64,000 nucleotides of DNA, from contig CBDCTH010000012.1 in NCBI GenBank assembly GCA_965222155.1, positions 2,528,001-2,592,000 of the forward strand. The letters are read 5' to 3'. This stretch comes from Gammaproteobacteria bacterium. Lineage in GTDB: Bacteria > Pseudomonadota > Gammaproteobacteria > Eutrophobiales > Eutrophobiaceae. Each line of letters begins with the position of its first letter. Position 1 is the first letter of the stretch. Under the pieces are notes generated by a model. It did no database searches. It was not told the DNA's origin and saw nothing but the letters and a program-made list of their open reading frames with translations. This document shows positions 10,223 to 19,413 of the stretch, one piece after another. The position numbers and the translations under genes were made by a program.

Positions 10223-11037
10223 TTATCCTGTTATTCGGGCCAAGGCAAAAGAATTAATTACCCGGTTTGGAATAACAGAACTGCCGGTAAACCCTTTCGA
10301 GATTGCGCATAAACTTGATATCCAAACTCATCCCAAACCCTCGAACCAGAAAGGCGGAATATCCGGGGCGCTGGTCAGAAGCGGCAATAATTTCGGTATT
10401 TTATACGCTACCAATATTCCTAACATCGGTTACCAAAGATTTACCGTAGCACATGAAATCGGACATTACGTACTGGGCGGGCACATGGACCATTTGCAAT
10501 TGAAAGATGGCCATATTCATTACTCGAAAGCGGGATTCCACGGAGATAAATATGAGAGAGAAGCTGATTATTTTGCTGCTCAATTACTTATGCCGGATAC
10601 CCTGTTTACCAAGGCGTTGGCTACCAATGAAGATGGCATGAACGCGATAAAAAACCTTGCTGATAAGTGTCAAACCTCTTTGACTGCGACAGCAATACGC
10701 TACGTTGAGAAAACGGATTCCGTATCGGTAGTTGTAGTAAGTGAGAAGGACAGAATACTATATGCTTTTTTTTCCAGTGAGATGCATAGATTCAGACTGG
10801 ACTACCCAAGGAAAAATTCACCATTACCGGACACTTCATTAACTTCTGAAATCAATCGTGATGAAGTCTCTTTGCGTGAAGGAGAGGCTGATACAAACAT
10901 TGATGATTGGTTTGAAAGCGATTTTGACCTGGAATGCGTATTTCACTGAATCCTGCCACCCGTTTCACGTGAAGGCTGCCACCCGGAACGCAGCAAAGCT
11001 GCCACCCCCAGGCGCGTGATGACGTGGGTGTTGGTCA

Positions 11038-11796
11038 TTATGACTCTGTTGGGGTCATCGTCGTCAATGTTTTTTTCTGTTTTCGCATGGATTCACCCTT
11101 GAGTTGTATTTTGTAAGCATTATGCACCAGGCGGTCAAGGATGGCATCGGCGAGGGTGGGGTCGCCGATGCTGTGATGCCATTTTTCGGCCGGTAATTGA
11201 CTGGTAGCGAGGGTGGAGCGTGCGCCGTGGCGGTCTTCCAGGATTTCCAGCAGGTCACGGCGCTGCTCTGCGTTCAATTTGACCAGGCCCCAGTCATCGA
11301 GGATGAGGGCCTGGGTTTTTGCCAGGGTGGTGAGGAGCTTGGGATAGCGTCCATCGCCCTTGGCGATGGACAGGTCCTGGAGGAGTCTGGGCAGGCGCAG
11401 GTAGAGGGCGGTGTAGCCGTGCCGGCAGGCGTTGTGTGCCAGGGCACAGGCGAGCCAGGTTTTGCCGACGCCGGTGGGGCCGGTGATGAGGATATTGAGG
11501 TGTTCGCGGACCCACTGGCAGGTGGCCAGTGATTGCATCAGGGATTTATCCAGTCCGCGCGGGTGGCGATAGTCGATATCCTCCAGGGTGGCATTGTGTT
11601 TGAGGCGGGCGCATCGCAGCCGGTTGGACAGGCGTCGGTTGTCCCGTTCGGTTATCTCCCGGTCGACGAGCAGGCCGAGGCGTTCCTCGAAGCTGAGGGT
11701 ATCGATATCGGGCACGGACATCTGCTCGGTGAGGGCGGCAGCCATACCGGTGCATTTCAAGGTCTGGAGTTTGTCCAGGGTGGGATGTATCAACAT
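11038..11796 (-). CDS. istB: IS21 helper ATPase IstB
   Basis: GPTGVGKT, LILDDWG and ADAILDRLVH motifs. Confidence 0.96.
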   Translation of the reverse strand: MLIHPTLDKLQTLKCTGMAAALTEQMSVPDIDTLSFEERLGLLVDREITERDNRRLSNRLRCARLKHNATLEDIDYRHPRGLDKSLMQSLATCQWVREHLNILITGPTGVGKTWLACALAHNACRHGYTALYLRLPRLLQDLSIAKGDGRYPKLLTTLAKTQALILDDWGLVKLNAEQRRDLLEILEDRHGARSTLATSQLPAEKWHHSIGDPTLADAILDRLVHNAYKIQLKGESMRKQKKTLTTMTPTES

Positions 11797-11815
11797 AGCA
11801 GTCTCCTGTCGTGGG

Positions 11816-13357
11816 TCAGTGGTAGTAGGATGGGCCACGGATATTGTCGTGGTCATCAGGTAAGGCCGCCTCGGTCTGCTCGGCGAGGGGTTGCCGGTCC
11901 AGGCCGTGGCGGAGGATGGATTCGATACTTTTGTAACTGTGGCTGCCCAGGGTGAGGGCGCGTTGGCAGGCGGCCTCCAGCCGGTCGTCGCCGTAGGTTT
12001 TAGCCAGGCGCAGGATCCCTAAGCAACTGCGGTAGGCCTGCTGGGGGTGCTTGCGGGCAGACAGGACACGGAGGATAAGGGTTTCTGTGGCCGGCCCGAC
12101 CTGCGCGGCCCAGCGGCCCAGGCGTTGCGGGGACCACTCGCCGGCCTGGCGGTGCGCCTCGGGCATGTGGGCCGGGACGGTGGTATGACGTGCCTTATGA
12201 TACGAGCGTCGATGGCTGGCGATGCGCTGGCCGCGATGAAAGCATTCAATGGTGTTGGCGGTGATGCGCACGTCCAGTTGTTTTTTGATGAGCGCGTGGG
12301 GCACGGAGTAGTAATGGCCATGGACCTCGATGTGATAGTCGATATGGACCCGCGCCTGCTTCCACTCGGCGTATTCGTACGCTTCGACGGGCAGGGGGCG
12401 CAGGGCCGGTTTATCCAGTTGCTCAAACAGCGCGCGCCGGGTGCCCGGCAGTTTCTTGAAGGGCCGGTTGTTGAGCGTCTCCAGCAACGCCCGGATGGCG
12501 CGGTTCAACTCTGCCAGGGAGAAGCACTGACGCTGGCGCAGGGCGGCGAGGATCCAGCGCTCTACCACCTGTACCGCGACCTCGGCTTTCGCTTTGTCAC
12601 GGGGACGACGCACCCGTGCCGGGACAATGGCGACCCCGTAATGGGTGGCCAGGTCCTGGCAGGTGGGGTTGATGTCCGGCTCATAGCGATGCGCCTTGCT
12701 GACCCCGGCGCGTAAATTATCCGGCACCACCACTTCAGGCACACCGCCCAGGTAGGTAAAACAGCGCACGTGGGCGCCGATCCAATCTTCCAGGCCCTGG
12801 GTCCAGGTGGCCTCGGCATAGGTGTAGTTCGACGCGCCCAGCGCTGCCACAAACACCTCTGCCTCACGGACTTCCCCGGTTGCCGGGTTGATGACCTGAG
12901 CACGCATACCGGCATAATCCACGAACAGCTTCTCACCGGCCCGGTGCTCCTGGCGCATGACCAGATCCAGCTTGCCACGCCACGTCCGATAATGCTGGCA
13001 GAACCAGGTGTACTGATAGCCTTGCGGGTGAGTCTGGCGATACTCATGCCATAACAACTGCAAGGTGACGCCCGGGCGTTTCAACTCCCGATGAATGTGT
13101 GACCAATCGGGCACGCCGCGGGCCGCGGCGGGTACAGCTGGGGCGGGCGGAAACAGCAGACGCTCCAGCGCCCCGTCATCCAGCGCCGCAGGCAGCGGCC
13201 AACCCAGCCCGGCCGCCTCGGCCCGGCGCAGGTACTCATCCACCGCCGGACGGGAAATGCCACAACTCCTGGCTGTCTGGCGTTTGCTCAGGCCCTGGCT
13301 CCAGCACAGGCGTAATACGTCTTTTATCTTTCTCATGGACAACCTCTTTGCAGGCAT
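11816..13357 (-). CDS. istA: IS21 transposase IstA
   Basis: FVDYAG, VPDNL and PRDKAKAE DDE motifs, with N-terminal HTH. Confidence 0.96.
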   Translation of the reverse strand: MPAKRLSMRKIKDVLRLCWSQGLSKRQTARSCGISRPAVDEYLRRAEAAGLGWPLPAALDDGALERLLFPPAPAVPAAARGVPDWSHIHRELKRPGVTLQLLWHEYRQTHPQGYQYTWFCQHYRTWRGKLDLVMRQEHRAGEKLFVDYAGMRAQVINPATGEVREAEVFVAALGASNYTYAEATWTQGLEDWIGAHVRCFTYLGGVPEVVVPDNLRAGVSKAHRYEPDINPTCQDLATHYGVAIVPARVRRPRDKAKAEVAVQVVERWILAALRQRQCFSLAELNRAIRALLETLNNRPFKKLPGTRRALFEQLDKPALRPLPVEAYEYAEWKQARVHIDYHIEVHGHYYSVPHALIKKQLDVRITANTIECFHRGQRIASHRRSYHKARHTTVPAHMPEAHRQAGEWSPQRLGRWAAQVGPATETLILRVLSARKHPQQAYRSCLGILRLAKTYGDDRLEAACQRALTLGSHSYKSIESILRHGLDRQPLAEQTEAALPDDHDNIRGPSYYH

Positions 13358-13645
13358 CTGTGTCTCCTCCTTTCAGTAGAAATAAGGACACAGGATACCC
13401 TTGGTTATCCACGTCAAACGCGCCGGTTATCTACCTCCTTGGGGGTGGCAGCTTTGCCGTGTAATGGGTGGCAGCTTTGCTGTGAAATACGCACCTGGAA
13501 GGCAAAGAAGATGTCATACATCTGGGAGACTATGAAAAAACCTTAACTCTTCTGACATTTTATGGTGACTACGAGGATGTATTAGAAGAGGAAAGCATGG
13601 TGGCTTCGTGGGAGCCAAAGTTTCGATAAGTAAGTTCCTTGTATG

Positions 13646-14686
13646 TCATACATGCTTAGGCTTCACGGGTTCCTGCTGAGCATCGAAAGGTAAATTACTT
13701 TGGGTCGGAGGGGTTGGAGTCCTGGAAGCGCCAGACTGAAAAACAGCGTTAAGATCGTTTGCATCTGTTGGATTCGGCCATGGCATGGCGTCCTTGTTTT
13801 TAAGCGCATCCAGACTGTTGGAGAATCCGCCGTTTGAACGTACAAAAACCGGCACCAGATGCAGCTTTTCCAATTGTTCTGTTGCCCCGGCCCAGGTTCC
13901 GCCCTTGTTTATCTCCGCGTTCACTACCAAGGCCGCGTCTGCCAAAGCATAGATCAGTTTGTTGCGTTGCATTGCGTGGCCGGTGTTGAAGCCCGCGTTT
14001 GGGTCGTAGGGGGAGACCAGGACGAGCCGGCCTTCCAGTAGTCGATTTCGATTGTCACGTTTCATCACCGTTTTTTCGAGGCTGTCCGCGAGAACGCCCG
14101 TGACTCTGCCTCCCGCCTCTGATGCGCCAGACATGGCCGCTTGGTCAATACCCCTTGCCCCACCGGAGACTACAGTCCGGCCAGACTTTGCCGTTAATCG
14201 TCCGACTTGCTGAGTGTACTCAAGTAGTGAACTATTCACGTTGCGTGAACCGACCACCGCCAACCCGCCACTATTAAGGATATCCCGGTCTCCGCAACCA
14301 TACAACAGGTTCGGTGAGTTCTTCTTAAGCCGCGCTTTCAGCCTTTGTGGATAACCGTCATCGGCGCGACTTACCACCCAGATTGTCCTTGTGTGCCAGC
14401 GTTCGATTGCCTGACTTAACAGAAACCCTCGAGCCAGCAGACGCCTGAGCCGGTCCTTGTCAGCTATACGGTGGCAATCTGTGAGGATTTGATCTACGTC
14501 CGGCCCCAGTAAATCGGCGGGTTGTCTGCTCCTGTCCTGGAGATAGTCAGCGAGTTTCGTGTATTCCCCCGGCTTAAGCAGAACGCTGGGTTCTTTGCCT
14601 TTGCCGCGACCAATGATCAAGGGCGCGGTCAACAGCAGAATTGCCTTGGTGTTCAGGGAAAGTGTCTCATTCATCGTCAGCTTCAC
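13646..14686 (-). CDS. DprA/Smf-like Rossmann-fold DNA-processing protein
   Basis: [35 protein letters not shown] and GGTWAGA motifs. Confidence 0.88.
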   Translation of the reverse strand: MKLTMNETLSLNTKAILLLTAPLIIGRGKGKEPSVLLKPGEYTKLADYLQDRSRQPADLLGPDVDQILTDCHRIADKDRLRRLLARGFLLSQAIERWHTRTIWVVSRADDGYPQRLKARLKKNSPNLLYGCGDRDILNSGGLAVVGSRNVNSSLLEYTQQVGRLTAKSGRTVVSGGARGIDQAAMSGASEAGGRVTGVLADSLEKTVMKRDNRNRLLEGRLVLVSPYDPNAGFNTGHAMQRNKLIYALADAALVVNAEINKGGTWAGATEQLEKLHLVPVFVRSNGGFSNSLDALKNKDAMPWPNPTDANDLNAVFQSGASRTPTPPTQSNLPFDAQQEPVKPKHV

Positions 14687-15315
14687 AGATCGTACAATTC
14701 ACCCATTTGCGCTAAAAATTGTGTCTGTCCACCATAGCTGGGGTGCCGTACTTGAATGACTCTGTGTCGGTCACTTAAACGACGCGCTGTTCGCTCCGCA
14801 TCATTTCCGATTGCAACCAGCCGGGAGGGCTTCAGGAGCAGGATGAGTTGATGGAGAAATTCCTCACCGGCCCTGCGTTCGCGAGCATTATGAGATCGAT
14901 TGCTAAAAGGGTCACCGGGTTCGTGGGGGTGTAAAGGGAAGACATTCCAGAGAAAAACAGACACCTTGATTTGTGAGAGGACGCGCCAGACTACAGTCGC
15001 AGTTTGTTCAGCGACTACTTCGCCCTTCGTTGACCGCTCAACCGACAACTCCCAGCGTTCGGCGTGAGCTTGAACATGTACGTCGTCTGTCAAGGCAAGC
15101 CCTGTCCTCCTGCCGCCGCGATAACCAAGATCGCGTCCAATCCACAAGGAATCAATTTCCTGTTCTGTTGCTGCCTCAAGCATAGACTGTAACGCCTTTG
15201 ACCGGCAGCGCGGCGCGTCATCCAGGTCGTGGACAGCGCATCGATCAGAATACGGGTTAAACGTATTCTCAAAATGCAGTTCAGTCAATTCTTTTACAAA
15301 CCGCACTGGTCTCAT
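14683..15315 (-). CDS. Uracil-DNA glycosylase superfamily protein
   Basis: [33 protein letters not shown] and VRHPSYGG motifs; 4-bp overlap with the DprA-like gene. Confidence 0.8.
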   Translation of the reverse strand: MRPVRFVKELTELHFENTFNPYSDRCAVHDLDDAPRCRSKALQSMLEAATEQEIDSLWIGRDLGYRGGRRTGLALTDDVHVQAHAERWELSVERSTKGEVVAEQTATVVWRVLSQIKVSVFLWNVFPLHPHEPGDPFSNRSHNARERRAGEEFLHQLILLLKPSRLVAIGNDAERTARRLSDRHRVIQVRHPSYGGQTQFLAQMGELYDL

Positions 15316-15318
15316 GCT

Positions 15319-15588
15319 CTATCCCTCAATGATGCTCTCGTCCACAAACATTTGGCAGTCAAAGACATAGAGATCCACTACCCGCTCAAAGGTTGTTCCC
15401 TCACGGAAATGATGATTCCTGTCGTCGGGTGGACCGGCCTGGAATGGTATCCAGTATCCGCGCAGGCGATAATAGTTAAGGTGATGGAGACGATTGTGTG
15501 CGTAGTCACGGTCCGAGACTTCCATGCCACGCCGAACAAGCCGATCGATCTGCTGATCAATCGTCTCAGGGGGCTTATCAAAACGCAT
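15319..15588 (-). pseudogene. Truncated Abi family (AbiD/AbiF, Abi_2) protein, N-terminal 89 aa only
   Basis: KPPETIDQQIDRL..RGM, NYYRLRGY and F..VVDLYVFD motifs; the C-terminal HEPN region is absent. Confidence 0.8.
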
Positions 15589-15611
15589 TTTCCATACCCC
15601 TTAAATAAGCA

Positions 15612-15652
15612 ACCTCCCATGGTGCGCCGATCTTACGAGAGGCGTGGGAGGT
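15612..15652 (-). ncRNA. Putative abiF-type RNA hairpin upstream of the Abi gene
   Basis: ACCTCCCA-CGCC-TCTCGTAAGATC-GGCG-CACCA-TGGGAGGT nested stem, 24 nt before the ATG, with TATAAT at 15666-15671 on the minus strand. Confidence 0.6.
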
Positions 15653-15857
15653 ATTGTTAATTAATATTATAGACCATAATGTCACAATTTTTCCAGGATG
15701 TGGCAGGAAATACCAAACATCACGACGCCCCCGTTCCTTCGTTGAGAATGGAAAGATAGGAGCCTTGACACATTAATCGCGGTCTTGTTAAAGACTATGT
15801 TTAATATGGAAGCAAACTTCGTTCTTATTAAACGTTACTAATAACAGTATCCCCCTT

Positions 15858-17852
15858 CTACCCGCCGATGATCTCACTGAGCAGCCCTTCCGTCTCCTTC
15901 TCCAATGCCAGGATGTCGGCGCGGATTTCTTCCAGCGTTCGCATGGGTTGAGGTTGGTAGAAGTGGCGGGTGAAGCTGATTTCATAGCCGACCCTGACGC
16001 TTTCCCGGGCATACCAGGCGTCAGGCGCGTAGGGCAGCACTTCGCGTTTGAGGAATGCCTCAATGCCGCCTTCTTCCAATAGTGGAATTTGTTCGGTGTC
16101 GCGCAGGCTGGTATCCGGTTCGTACTCCACCACGGCCGGCTTGCCGGCAAAGACAACCTCAAAAAGGCCGGACAAGGGGGCGGGTTCGACCCCCTTCTTG
16201 TGAACTTTCCTGATAACGGGCGGTGAGCTTGCGTCAATCTCGTGAATTTCCTTGAGTCGCTTAATCTCTGCGGGCTTCCAGGCGCGGTCGGAGTCAATAC
16301 CCTGCAATCGCAACGGTCGCTCGACCGTCACTTTCCGGTAACCGAAGGCAGCATTGTCGAAAATCTTTGAGTGTTCCGTTTCCTCAAAGGCCAGGAACGC
16401 GTCGCAGATACGCCGGATATGCTCATCCGACAGTTCGCAGTTTTTCTTGCCCAGGTTCTTGCGCAGCGGGCGCTGCCACGTGGTGGAGTCTATGAGTTGC
16501 ACCATGCCCTGGCGGTGCGCGGGTTTACGGTTTGTCAGCACCCAGATATAAGTGGCAATGCCCGTATTGTAAAACATGTTGAGTGGGAGCGCGACGATGG
16601 CTTCAAGCCAGTCGTTTTCGATGATCAGGCGGCGGATGTTGCTCTCACCCTGTCCGGCGTCGCCCGTGAATAGCGAACTGCCGTTGTGAACCTCGGCAAT
16701 GCGGCTGCCCAGCTTGGTATTTTGCTTCATCTTGCTCACCATATTGGCGAGGAACAGCATCTGCCCGTCACTGGAGCGGGTAACCAGACTCAGTGGTGCT
16801 GGGACACCTGTTCGATCAGAGCCGTTGGTATGTTCAATGTTGAAGCGCGAGTCTGTTATGCCTTTTTTGCCGCCCATACGCTCCATGTCGCTCTTCCAGC
16901 TTTTGCCGTAAGGCGGATTGGAAAGCATGAAATCGAACTCGTGGGATGGGAAGGCATCATTGGACAGGGTTGAATACTCGGGGCCGCCGATGACGTTATC
17001 CGCCGCTTCTCCCTTTCCTTTGAGTAACAGGTCGGCCTTGCAGATAGCATAGGTTTCGGCATTGATTTCCTGGCCGTAGAGGTGGGTGGAAACCTGTTTG
17101 CCGTGTTCATGGGCCAACTCCTGCAATGTTTCCTCGGCTACTGTCAACATGCCGCCTGTCCCGCAAGCGCCGTCATACAGCAGGTAAGTACCGGATTCGA
17201 TCTCATCGGCTACCGGCAGGAAGATTAACCGCGCCATGAGTTTGACTGCGTCGCGGGGAGTCCAGTGTTCGCCGGCTTCCTCATTGTTCTCTTCGTTGAA
17301 GCGCCGCACCAACTCTTCGAAGATTGTGCCCATGGCGTGGTTATCCAGACCGGGATGCTTGATTGAACCATCACTGTTTTTAACCGGTTCAGGACTTAAG
17401 TTGATATCAGGTGAAGTTAACCTCTCTACCAGAGCACCCAGTGCATCAGCTTTGGACAGGCGTGAAATCTGATTGCGAAACTCGAAGTTGTCGATGATGT
17501 CCTGTACGTTAGGCGAGAAACCATCCAGGTATGCCTCGAAATCAGCCTTTAGTTGCTGCTGTCTGGTACGCGTCTTCAGGTCGCGCATGGTGAATTCCGA
17601 CGTGTTGTAGAAGGCCTGGGCTGCTGCTTGGCGTAAAGCCAAGTCCTGCTCGTTGATCTCAGCCTTATCAAGCACGGCTTTCATTTCAAGCACGGTCTTT
17701 TTGGTCGGTTCAAGTACCGCATCAAGGCGTCGCAGGACTGTCATGGGCAGAATAACATCCCGGTATTTGCCGCGCACATAGATATCCCGCAACACGTCAT
17801 CGGCGATACCCCAGATGAAGTTTGTTATCCAGTTGAGGTCGGAATGGTTCAT
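15858..17852 (-). CDS. hsdM: Type I R-M methyltransferase subunit M
   Basis: FIWGIADDVLR, EEAGEHWTPRD, YDGACGTGGML and SNPPY motifs. Confidence 0.97.
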   Translation of the reverse strand: MNHSDLNWITNFIWGIADDVLRDIYVRGKYRDVILPMTVLRRLDAVLEPTKKTVLEMKAVLDKAEINEQDLALRQAAAQAFYNTSEFTMRDLKTRTRQQQLKADFEAYLDGFSPNVQDIIDNFEFRNQISRLSKADALGALVERLTSPDINLSPEPVKNSDGSIKHPGLDNHAMGTIFEELVRRFNEENNEEAGEHWTPRDAVKLMARLIFLPVADEIESGTYLLYDGACGTGGMLTVAEETLQELAHEHGKQVSTHLYGQEINAETYAICKADLLLKGKGEAADNVIGGPEYSTLSNDAFPSHEFDFMLSNPPYGKSWKSDMERMGGKKGITDSRFNIEHTNGSDRTGVPAPLSLVTRSSDGQMLFLANMVSKMKQNTKLGSRIAEVHNGSSLFTGDAGQGESNIRRLIIENDWLEAIVALPLNMFYNTGIATYIWVLTNRKPAHRQGMVQLIDSTTWQRPLRKNLGKKNCELSDEHIRRICDAFLAFEETEHSKIFDNAAFGYRKVTVERPLRLQGIDSDRAWKPAEIKRLKEIHEIDASSPPVIRKVHKKGVEPAPLSGLFEVVFAGKPAVVEYEPDTSLRDTEQIPLLEEGGIEAFLKREVLPYAPDAWYARESVRVGYEISFTRHFYQPQPMRTLEEIRADILALEKETEGLLSEIIGG

Positions 17853-18087
17853 CTTATCGCTGTGCTGTTTTGTCTCAAAGGTCTGTTCATGCTCTGTATT
17901 CGCTCTTGCGCTATAATTCTGAGGTCTTCCGGCTGGTCGCTGCTGCTTTCCTGAACTTCACTCTCATGTGTTGCCTCTCCCTGTTTCGGGTCTGACCTGC
18001 ATAACTGATTGATTATATTTATTAATACGTTCGTACGTTACCTTTTTTCAACCTTAGAATACATTTTTATATGGACATAGCAGACAA

Positions 18088-19413
18088 TCACTCTGTGAGA
18101 TACCGCGCCAGCGCTTCAAGTTCGCGTTGGCCAAGTTCCAGGTGTGTCCGCAGTTCCCGCCATTTGTCAGGTCGGTGCGCTGCCATGCTGTAACGTTCCA
18201 TTGGATCTTTCTGCATATCGAACAATAATAAGACGCCGTGCTCCGGTAAGCGGCGGTCGATGCCGCGATAACGCGCCTGCACCAGCATTTTCCAGTTCTG
18301 GGTACGCACCGCGGCAATGCGTTCGTCACTGAAGTAATACAAGGCCTCATGGGGCGAACTGGCGCTTCCCTGGAGTAGCCCTTCGATGTTTTTACCATCC
18401 AGTTCGATCCCCGGAGGCAATTCAGCTCCGGTTATGGCCTGCAGCGTCGGCAGGAAATCTATGTTCATCGCAATGCCGTTTGAGATGGCGCCGGCGGGAA
18501 TGGTTCCGGGCCAACGCGCGATAAACGGTACCCGGTACCCGCCTTCCCATGGTGTGCCTTTGCCGCCGCGCAAGCCTCCCGAACTTCCTTGTGGATAAGG
18601 ACCATTGTCGCTGGTGAAGATCACCAGTGTTTCTTTATCCAACCCAAGCCGCATCAATGCATCAAGCAACTCCCCCATGCTCCAGTCCAGGGACTCTACG
18701 GCGTCGCCGTACAAACCGCCGCGGGATTTACCGGCGAAAGCCTCGGACACGTGCAGCGGGACGTGTGGCGCCGTATGCGAGAGATAAACAAAGAAGGGTT
18801 GTTCCTGATTCTGTTCGATAAAACGGATAGCCTCGGCGGTGTACCGTTCCGTGAGCGTCGCCTGCCGGACGGGCTCCTCAATCTTCGCGCTGTCGCGATA
18901 TAGGGCCAACGGGGTTTGGTTGTTGCTATAGGGCAATCCGTAGTAGTAGTCGAAGCCTTGCGTAGTGGGCCAGTGCTCAGGCGTGTGGCCAAGATGCCAT
19001 TTACCGATGACTGCAGAGCGGTAACCTAACGGTTTCAACATTTCGGCAATGGTGAATTCCTCCCGGGGCAGGCCGTGCTTGTCGTGGACGAAGATCACCT
19101 GGTGGGCCAGTCCGCTGCGAATGGCATAGCGACCGGTCAACAGGCTTGCTCGGCTCGGTGTGCAGTTCGAGGCGCTGGCATAAAAGTCCGTCAGCTTCAC
19201 ACCTTGCCGCGCCATCGCATCGAGCCGCGGCGTTTCAAGCAAGGTGGAACCATACACCCCCAGGTCGCCATAACCCAGGTCGTCTGCCAGCACGATAATA
19301 ATATTCGGCAACCGTTCAGTTGCAAGCGTAGCGAATGCGGTACAAAAAAGGCATACCAGGCTGACGACCCGTAAACGCCAGACTTTCCTGTCAGTTTTTG
19401 TTGACGCCTTCAT
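18088..19413 (-). CDS. Cys-type sulfatase (arylsulfatase A family)
   Basis: PNIIIVLADDLGYGD, CTPSRASLLTG, GKWHLG and TSDNG motifs; start uncertain. Confidence 0.92.
   Translation of the reverse strand: MKASTKTDRKVWRLRVVSLVCLFCTAFATLATERLPNIIIVLADDLGYGDLGVYGSTLLETPRLDAMARQGVKLTDFYASASNCTPSRASLLTGRYAIRSGLAHQVIFVHDKHGLPREEFTIAEMLKPLGYRSAVIGKWHLGHTPEHWPTTQGFDYYYGLPYSNNQTPLALYRDSAKIEEPVRQATLTERYTAEAIRFIEQNQEQPFFVYLSHTAPHVPLHVSEAFAGKSRGGLYGDAVESLDWSMGELLDALMRLGLDKETLVIFTSDNGPYPQGSSGGLRGGKGTPWEGGYRVPFIARWPGTIPAGAISNGIAMNIDFLPTLQAITGAELPPGIELDGKNIEGLLQGSASSPHEALYYFSDERIAAVRTQNWKMLVQARYRGIDRRLPEHGVLLLFDMQKDPMERYSMAAHRPDKWRELRTHLELGQRELEALARYLTE

Larger units (their letters stand above)
10935..13493 (-). 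mobile_element. IS21-family insertion sequence (2559 bp) with 7-bp target duplication CCTGGAA
   Basis: Ends TGCGTATTTCAC...GTGAAATACGCA, repeated subterminal CTGCCACC motifs, and CCTGGAA at 10928-10934 and 13494-13500. Confidence 0.96.
10206..13629 (+). pseudogene. ImmA/IrrE (CapP-like) metallopeptidase interrupted by IS21
   Basis: RFTVAHEIGH and EREADYFAAQLLMP motifs. Removing the IS and one CCTGGAA copy restores the frame DFDLE-GKEDVIHLGDYEKTLTLL...SWEPKFR with a stop at 13627-13629. Confidence 0.92.

Noticed and set aside
13646-14686. Competence gene dprA
   Set aside because: Atypical N-terminus and a location inside an R-M island rather than a housekeeping context; gene symbol withheld.
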